Made by a program: the position numbers and the translations under genes. Under the pieces are notes generated by a model that was not told where the DNA came from, made no database searches, and saw nothing but the letters and a program-made list of their open reading frames with translations. This document shows positions 27,728 through 32,000 of a stretch of DNA of 32,000 nt, one piece after another. The first letter of the stretch is position 1; every line of letters begins with the position of its first letter. The stretch comes from Mycolicibacterium smegmatis (lineage in GTDB: Bacteria > Actinomycetota > Actinomycetes > Mycobacteriales > Mycobacteriaceae): NCBI RefSeq assembly GCF_001457595.1, contig NZ_LN831039.1, positions 840,001-872,000 on the forward strand, given 5' to 3'.

Positions 27728-28876
27728 GTGAGAGATGTGCTGGGCACGCTGTCAGCGGTCTGGGAGTCCGGCGGCACGGCCGGCGTCGGGACCGTGGTGC
27801 GCACATTCCGCTCGGCGCCGCGCCCGGCCGGTGCGTCGATGGTGGTCGCGCCTGACGGCACCGTGAGCGGTTCGGTGTCCGGCGGCTGCGTCGAAGGCGC
27901 GGTCTACGACCTCGCGACCGAGGTGGTCGCCACCGGCACGCCGGTGCTGCAGCGTTACGGCGTGAGCGACGACGACGCCTTCGAGGTCGGGCTCACGTGC
28001 GGCGGCATCCTCGACGTGTTCGTGGAACCTGTGTCGCAGAGGACTTTTCCCCAGCTCGGTGCGATCAGGGACGATATCGAGGCGCAGCGTCCGGTCGCGG
28101 TCGCGACCGTCATCACCCATCCCGACGCGCAGTGGATCGGCAGGCGGTTGGTGGTGCACACCGATGAGGTCGCCGGATCACTCGGCTCGTCACGCGCCGA
28201 CGCCGCCGTGACCGACGACGCGCGCGGACTGCTGGCCGCAGGCCGCAGCGAGGTGCTCACCTACGGACCGGACGGGCAGCGTCGCGGCGAGGGCATGGAG
28301 GTGTTCGTCTCCAGCTACGCGCCGCGTCCGCGGATGCTGGTGTTCGGGGCCATCGATTTCGCGGCGGCCGTCGCGCAGCAGGGCGCGTTCCTGGGCTACC
28401 GGGTCACCGTGTGCGACGCGCGTCCGGTGTTCGCGACCACCGCGCGGTTCCCGACGGCCGACGAGGTGGTGGTCGACTGGCCGCACCGCTACCTCGCCGC
28501 GCAGGCCGAGGCGGGGGCGATCGACGCCCGCACCGTCGTGTGCGTGCTGACGCACGATCCCAAGTTCGACGTGCCGCTGCTGGAGGTGGCGCTGCGGCTG
28601 CCCGACATCGCCTACATCGGGGCGATGGGCTCGCGGCGCACGCACGAGGACCGGCTGGCGCGGCTGCGTGAGGCCGGGCTCACCGAGGAGGAACTCGCAC
28701 GGCTGTCGAGCCCCATCGGGCTGGACCTCGGGGGCCGCACCCCCGAGGAGACCGCGGTGTCGATCGCGGCCGAGATCATCGCCAAACGGTGGGGCGGCGA
28801 GGGGCGTCCGCTGGCCGAGACCGGCGGCCGTATCCACCATGAGCTGGGCGAACACGAGTCCGCACCGGCCAGTTAA
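27728..28876 (+). CDS. XdhC/CoxI-family molybdenum-hydroxylase accessory protein
   Basis: VLGTLSAVWESGGTAGVGTVVRTFRSAPRPAGASMVV…GSVSGGCVEGAV…LTCGGILDVFVEP…YIGAMGSRRTHEDR…GLDLGGRTPEETAVSIAAEIIA. Confidence 0.92.
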   Translation: MRDVLGTLSAVWESGGTAGVGTVVRTFRSAPRPAGASMVVAPDGTVSGSVSGGCVEGAVYDLATEVVATGTPVLQRYGVSDDDAFEVGLTCGGILDVFVEPVSQRTFPQLGAIRDDIEAQRPVAVATVITHPDAQWIGRRLVVHTDEVAGSLGSSRADAAVTDDARGLLAAGRSEVLTYGPDGQRRGEGMEVFVSSYAPRPRMLVFGAIDFAAAVAQQGAFLGYRVTVCDARPVFATTARFPTADEVVVDWPHRYLAAQAEAGAIDARTVVCVLTHDPKFDVPLLEVALRLPDIAYIGAMGSRRTHEDRLARLREAGLTEEELARLSSPIGLDLGGRTPEETAVSIAAEIIAKRWGGEGRPLAETGGRIHHELGEHESAPAS

Positions 28877-28891
28877 GTGATCGCTTAACTG
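28870..28891. promoter_or_regulatory. 22-bp near-palindrome CAGTTAAGTGATCGCTTAACTG upstream of coxM (candidate operator)
   Basis: 10 of 11 base pairs symmetric. Overlaps the xdhC stop and lies 40 bp upstream of the coxM ATG. Confidence 0.6.
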
Positions 28892-28931
28892 CCTATTGAC
28901 GCTCGCGCCGATCGGGTGTGAGCTGTCTCAC

Positions 28932-29822
28932 ATGCAGGTTCCAGGCCCATTCGAGTACGAACGCGCCACCAGCGTCGACCACGCCGTCGGACTGCTGGAC
29001 CGGTTGGGGGAGGACGCCAGGATCGTGGCGGGCGGGCACAGCCTGCTGCCGATGATGAAACTGCGCATCGCCAACCCCGAATATCTCGTCGACATCAACG
29101 ACCTCGCGGTCGAGCTCGGCTACGTCATCACCGACCCCACGCTGGTGCGGATCGGCGCCATGGCGCGCCACCGGCAGGTCCTGGAATCGGACCCGCTGGC
29201 GGCGGTGTGCCCGATCTTCCGTGACGCCGAACGCGTGATCGCCGACCCTGTGGTGCGTAACCGCGGCACGCTCGGCGGGTCGCTGTGCCAGGCCGACCCG
29301 GCCGAGGACCTCACCACGGTGTGCACCATCCTGGGCGCGGTGTGCCTCGCGCGCGGGCCGGGCGGTGAACGCGAGATCGGCATCGACGACTTCCTGGTGG
29401 GACCGTACGAGACCGCGCTGGCCCACAACGAGATGCTCGTCGAGGTGCGCATCCCGGTGCGGCACCGCACCTCCAGTGCGTATGCGAAAGTCGAACGCCG
29501 CGTCGGTGACTGGGCCGTGACCGCGGCCGGCGCGCAGGTAACGCTCGACGGTGACTCGATCGTCGCGGCACGTGTGGGCCTCACGGCCGTCAACCCCGAT
29601 CCGGACGCCCTGCGCGCACTGGCCGACGATCTGATCGGCAAGCCCGCCACCGAGGAAACATTTGCGGCCGCAGGAGAACTCGCCGTGCAGGCCTGCGGAC
29701 CGGTCACCGACACCCGCGGCAGCGCCGACTACAAGCGTCACCTCGCCAGAGAACTCACCATCCGCACGATGCGCACCGCGGTCGAGCGTGTGCGCACCGC
29801 CCCCGCCCCGGAAGGGAACTAA
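28932..29822 (+). CDS. coxM: Carbon monoxide dehydrogenase medium (FAD-binding) subunit
   Basis: MQVPGPFEYERATSVDHAVGLLDRLGEDARIVAGGHSLLPMMKLRIANPEYLVDIND…RNRGTLGGSLCQADPAED. Confidence 0.93.
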   Translation: MQVPGPFEYERATSVDHAVGLLDRLGEDARIVAGGHSLLPMMKLRIANPEYLVDINDLAVELGYVITDPTLVRIGAMARHRQVLESDPLAAVCPIFRDAERVIADPVVRNRGTLGGSLCQADPAEDLTTVCTILGAVCLARGPGGEREIGIDDFLVGPYETALAHNEMLVEVRIPVRHRTSSAYAKVERRVGDWAVTAAGAQVTLDGDSIVAARVGLTAVNPDPDALRALADDLIGKPATEETFAAAGELAVQACGPVTDTRGSADYKRHLARELTIRTMRTAVERVRTAPAPEGN

Positions 29823-29824
29823 TC

Positions 29825-30301
29825 ATGCAGGTCACCATGACCGTCAACGGCGAGGCCGTGACCGCCGACGTCGAACCCCGCATGCTGCTGGTGCATTTCC
29901 TGCGCGATCAGCTGGGGCTGACCGGAACCCACTGGGGCTGCGACACATCCAACTGCGGCACGTGCGTGGTCGAGGTCGACGGCGAACCCGTGAAGTCCTG
30001 CACGATGCTCGCGGCGATGGCCTCAGGGCACTCGGTGAACACCGTCGAGGGCATGGAGGTCGACGGCAAGCTGGACCCGGTGCAGGAGGGCTTCATGCAG
30101 TGCCACGGCCTGCAGTGCGGATTCTGCACCCCCGGCATGATGATCACCGCCCGCGCGCTGCTGCGGCAGAACCCCGACCCCACCGAAGAGGAGATCCGCG
30201 AAGCGATCTCGGGGCAGATCTGCCGGTGTACGGGCTACACCACGATCGTGCGTTCCGTGCAGTGGGCGGCACGCCACGCACGGGAGGAGGCCAAGGCATG
30301 A
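29825..30301 (+). CDS. coxS: Carbon monoxide dehydrogenase small (2x[2Fe-2S]) subunit
   Basis: GCDTSNCGTCVVEVDGEPVKSCTMLA…GLQCGFCTPGMMI…ISGQICRCTGYTTIVRSV. Confidence 0.96.
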   Translation: MQVTMTVNGEAVTADVEPRMLLVHFLRDQLGLTGTHWGCDTSNCGTCVVEVDGEPVKSCTMLAAMASGHSVNTVEGMEVDGKLDPVQEGFMQCHGLQCGFCTPGMMITARALLRQNPDPTEEEIREAISGQICRCTGYTTIVRSVQWAARHAREEAKA

Positions 30302-32000
30302 CCACGCTGGAGAACCCGGTCGAGCGCCCCGAGGACACCGCGGTCAACGACGCGAAACCGTGCGGCCACGGCCGGATGCTGCGCAAGGAGGATCCGCGCT
30401 TCATCCGCGGGCGCGGAAACTATGTGGACGACGTCAAGCTGCCCGGCATGCTGCACCTGGCGATCCTGCGCTCGCCGTATGCACATGCCACGATCAACTC
30501 GATCGATGTGACGGCGGCACAGGCACATCCGAAGGTCAAGGCCGTGGTGACCGGCGCCGACCTCGCGGCCAAGGGCCTGGCGTGGATGCCCACGCTGTCC
30601 AACGACGTGCAGGCCGTGCTGGCCACCGACAAGGTGCGCTTCCAGGGTCAGGAGGTCGCGTTCGTCGTCGCCGAGGACCGCTACTCGGCGCGAGACGCAC
30701 TGGAACTCATCGACGTCGACTACGAACCGCTCGACCCGGTGATCGACGCCCGCCACGCGCTGGACCCCGGCGCCCCGGTGATCCGCACCGACCTCGACGG
30801 CAAGACCGACAACCACTGCTTCGACTGGGAGACCGGGGACGCCGCGGCCACCGACGCCGTGTTCGCCAAGGCAGACGTGGTGGTCAAACAGGAGATGGTC
30901 TACCCACGGGTGCATCCCGCGCCCATGGAGACCTGCGGCGCGGTGGCCGATCTGGATCCGGTGACCGGAAAGCTCACGCTGTGGTCCACCACGCAGGCCC
31001 CGCACGCGCACCGCACGCTGTACGCGCTCGTGGCGGGCCTGCCCGAACACAAGATCCGCGTCATCTCACCCGACATCGGCGGCGGTTTCGGCAACAAGGT
31101 GCCCATCTACCCCGGGTACGTGTGCGCGATCGTGGGGTCGCTGCTGCTGGGCAAGCCCGTCAAGTGGATGGAAGACCGCAGCGAAAACCTCACCAGCACA
31201 GGCTTCGCGCGCGACTACATCATGGTCGGCGAGATCGCCGCGACCCGTGACGGCAAGATCCTCGCGATCCGTTCCAACGTGCTGGCCGACCACGGCGCCT
31301 TCAACGGCACCGCGGCCCCGGTGAAGTACCCGGCCGGGTTCTTCGGGGTGTTCACCGGCAGCTACGACATCGAGGCCGCCTACTGCCACATGACCGCCGT
31401 GTACACCAACAAGGCACCCGGTGGGGTGGCATATGCGTGCTCGTTCCGGATCACCGAGGCCGTGTACTTCGTGGAACGCCTGGTCGACTGCCTGGCGTAC
31501 GAGCTCAAGATGGATCCCGCGCAGCTTCGGCTGCAGAACCTGCTGAAAGCCGAACAATTCCCGTACACGTCGAAGACCGGCTGGGTGTACGACTCGGGTG
31601 ATTACGAGAAGACCATGCGCCTGGCGATGGAGATGGTCGACTACGAGGGGCTGCGCGCCGAACAGGCCGAGAAACGCAAACGCGGTGAGCTCATGGGCAT
31701 CGGCATGTCGTTCTTCACCGAGGCCGTCGGAGCCGGCCCCCGCAAGGACATGGACATCCTGGGTCTCGGCATGGCCGACGGGTGTGAGTTGCGGGTACAC
31801 CCGACCGGCAAAGCCGTTGTGCGGCTGTCGGTGCAGAGCCAGGGGCAGGGACACGAGACCACGTTCGCCCAGATCGTCGCCGAGGAGCTCGGCATCCCGC
31901 CCGAGGACATCGACGTGGTGCACGGCGACACCGATCAGACCCCGTTCGGGCTGGGCACCTACGGCAGCCGGTCCACGCCGGTGTCCGGTGCGGCCGCCGC
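30298..32000 (+). CDS. coxL: Carbon monoxide dehydrogenase large (molybdenum) subunit, form I; truncated by the window end
   Basis: RKEDPRFIRGRGNYVDDVKLPGMLHLAILRSPYAHA; active-site loop GGVAYACSFR (AYxCSFR) at 31429-31449; GGFGNKVPIYPGY. Confidence 0.95.
   Translation, partial: MTTLENPVERPEDTAVNDAKPCGHGRMLRKEDPRFIRGRGNYVDDVKLPGMLHLAILRSPYAHATINSIDVTAAQAHPKVKAVVTGADLAAKGLAWMPTLSNDVQAVLATDKVRFQGQEVAFVVAEDRYSARDALELIDVDYEPLDPVIDARHALDPGAPVIRTDLDGKTDNHCFDWETGDAAATDAVFAKADVVVKQEMVYPRVHPAPMETCGAVADLDPVTGKLTLWSTTQAPHAHRTLYALVAGLPEHKIRVISPDIGGGFGNKVPIYPGYVCAIVGSLLLGKPVKWMEDRSENLTSTGFARDYIMVGEIAATRDGKILAIRSNVLADHGAFNGTAAPVKYPAGFFGVFTGSYDIEAAYCHMTAVYTNKAPGGVAYACSFRITEAVYFVERLVDCLAYELKMDPAQLRLQNLLKAEQFPYTSKTGWVYDSGDYEKTMRLAMEMVDYEGLRAEQAEKRKRGELMGIGMSFFTEAVGAGPRKDMDILGLGMADGCELRVHPTGKAVVRLSVQSQGQGHETTFAQIVAEELGIPPEDIDVVHGDTDQTPFGLGTYGSRSTPVSGAAA

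Overview
This is a high-GC actinobacterial window. Gene content and order fit a Mycobacterium smegmatis-like (Mycolicibacterium) chromosome. Conserved backbone: partial SDR, MHS/MFS transporter, AMP-forming acyl-CoA synthetase, aldose-1-epimerase-like protein, mycobacterial flavohemoglobin-like globin/reductase, large membrane protein plus TetR, Sap/GAP-like membrane protein, MGT-like glycosyltransferase, CYTH protein, clpB with a HAIR/SigH-like promoter, Rieske protein and downstream reductase-like gene, TetR, ttfA, SDR, putative lipoprotein, TrmH-like methyltransferase, GH76-like protein, LLM/F420 oxidoreductase, LysR, XdhC/CoxI-like protein, and a form I CO dehydrogenase operon (coxM-coxS-coxL, last gene truncated by the window). 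The most interesting part is about 7.2-12.9 kb. There an orphan ESX-1 'esp'-type locus lies away from any ESX core genes. It holds an EspC/EspF-like protein with a YxxxD motif, an EspA/EspE-like protein, an EspD/EspH-like protein and two small divergently oriented membrane-anchored proteins. Its EspA/EspE-like gene is split by a nested pair of insertion sequences: an IS3-family element (CGG 3-bp TSD) itself interrupted by an IS256-family, IS6120-like element (GTTTTCTTC 9-bp TSD). Both insertions can be reversed on paper at base level, and this restores both the IS3 orfA and the 237-aa esp-like ORF exactly in frame. Family calls were made from recalled protein motifs, not from searches.
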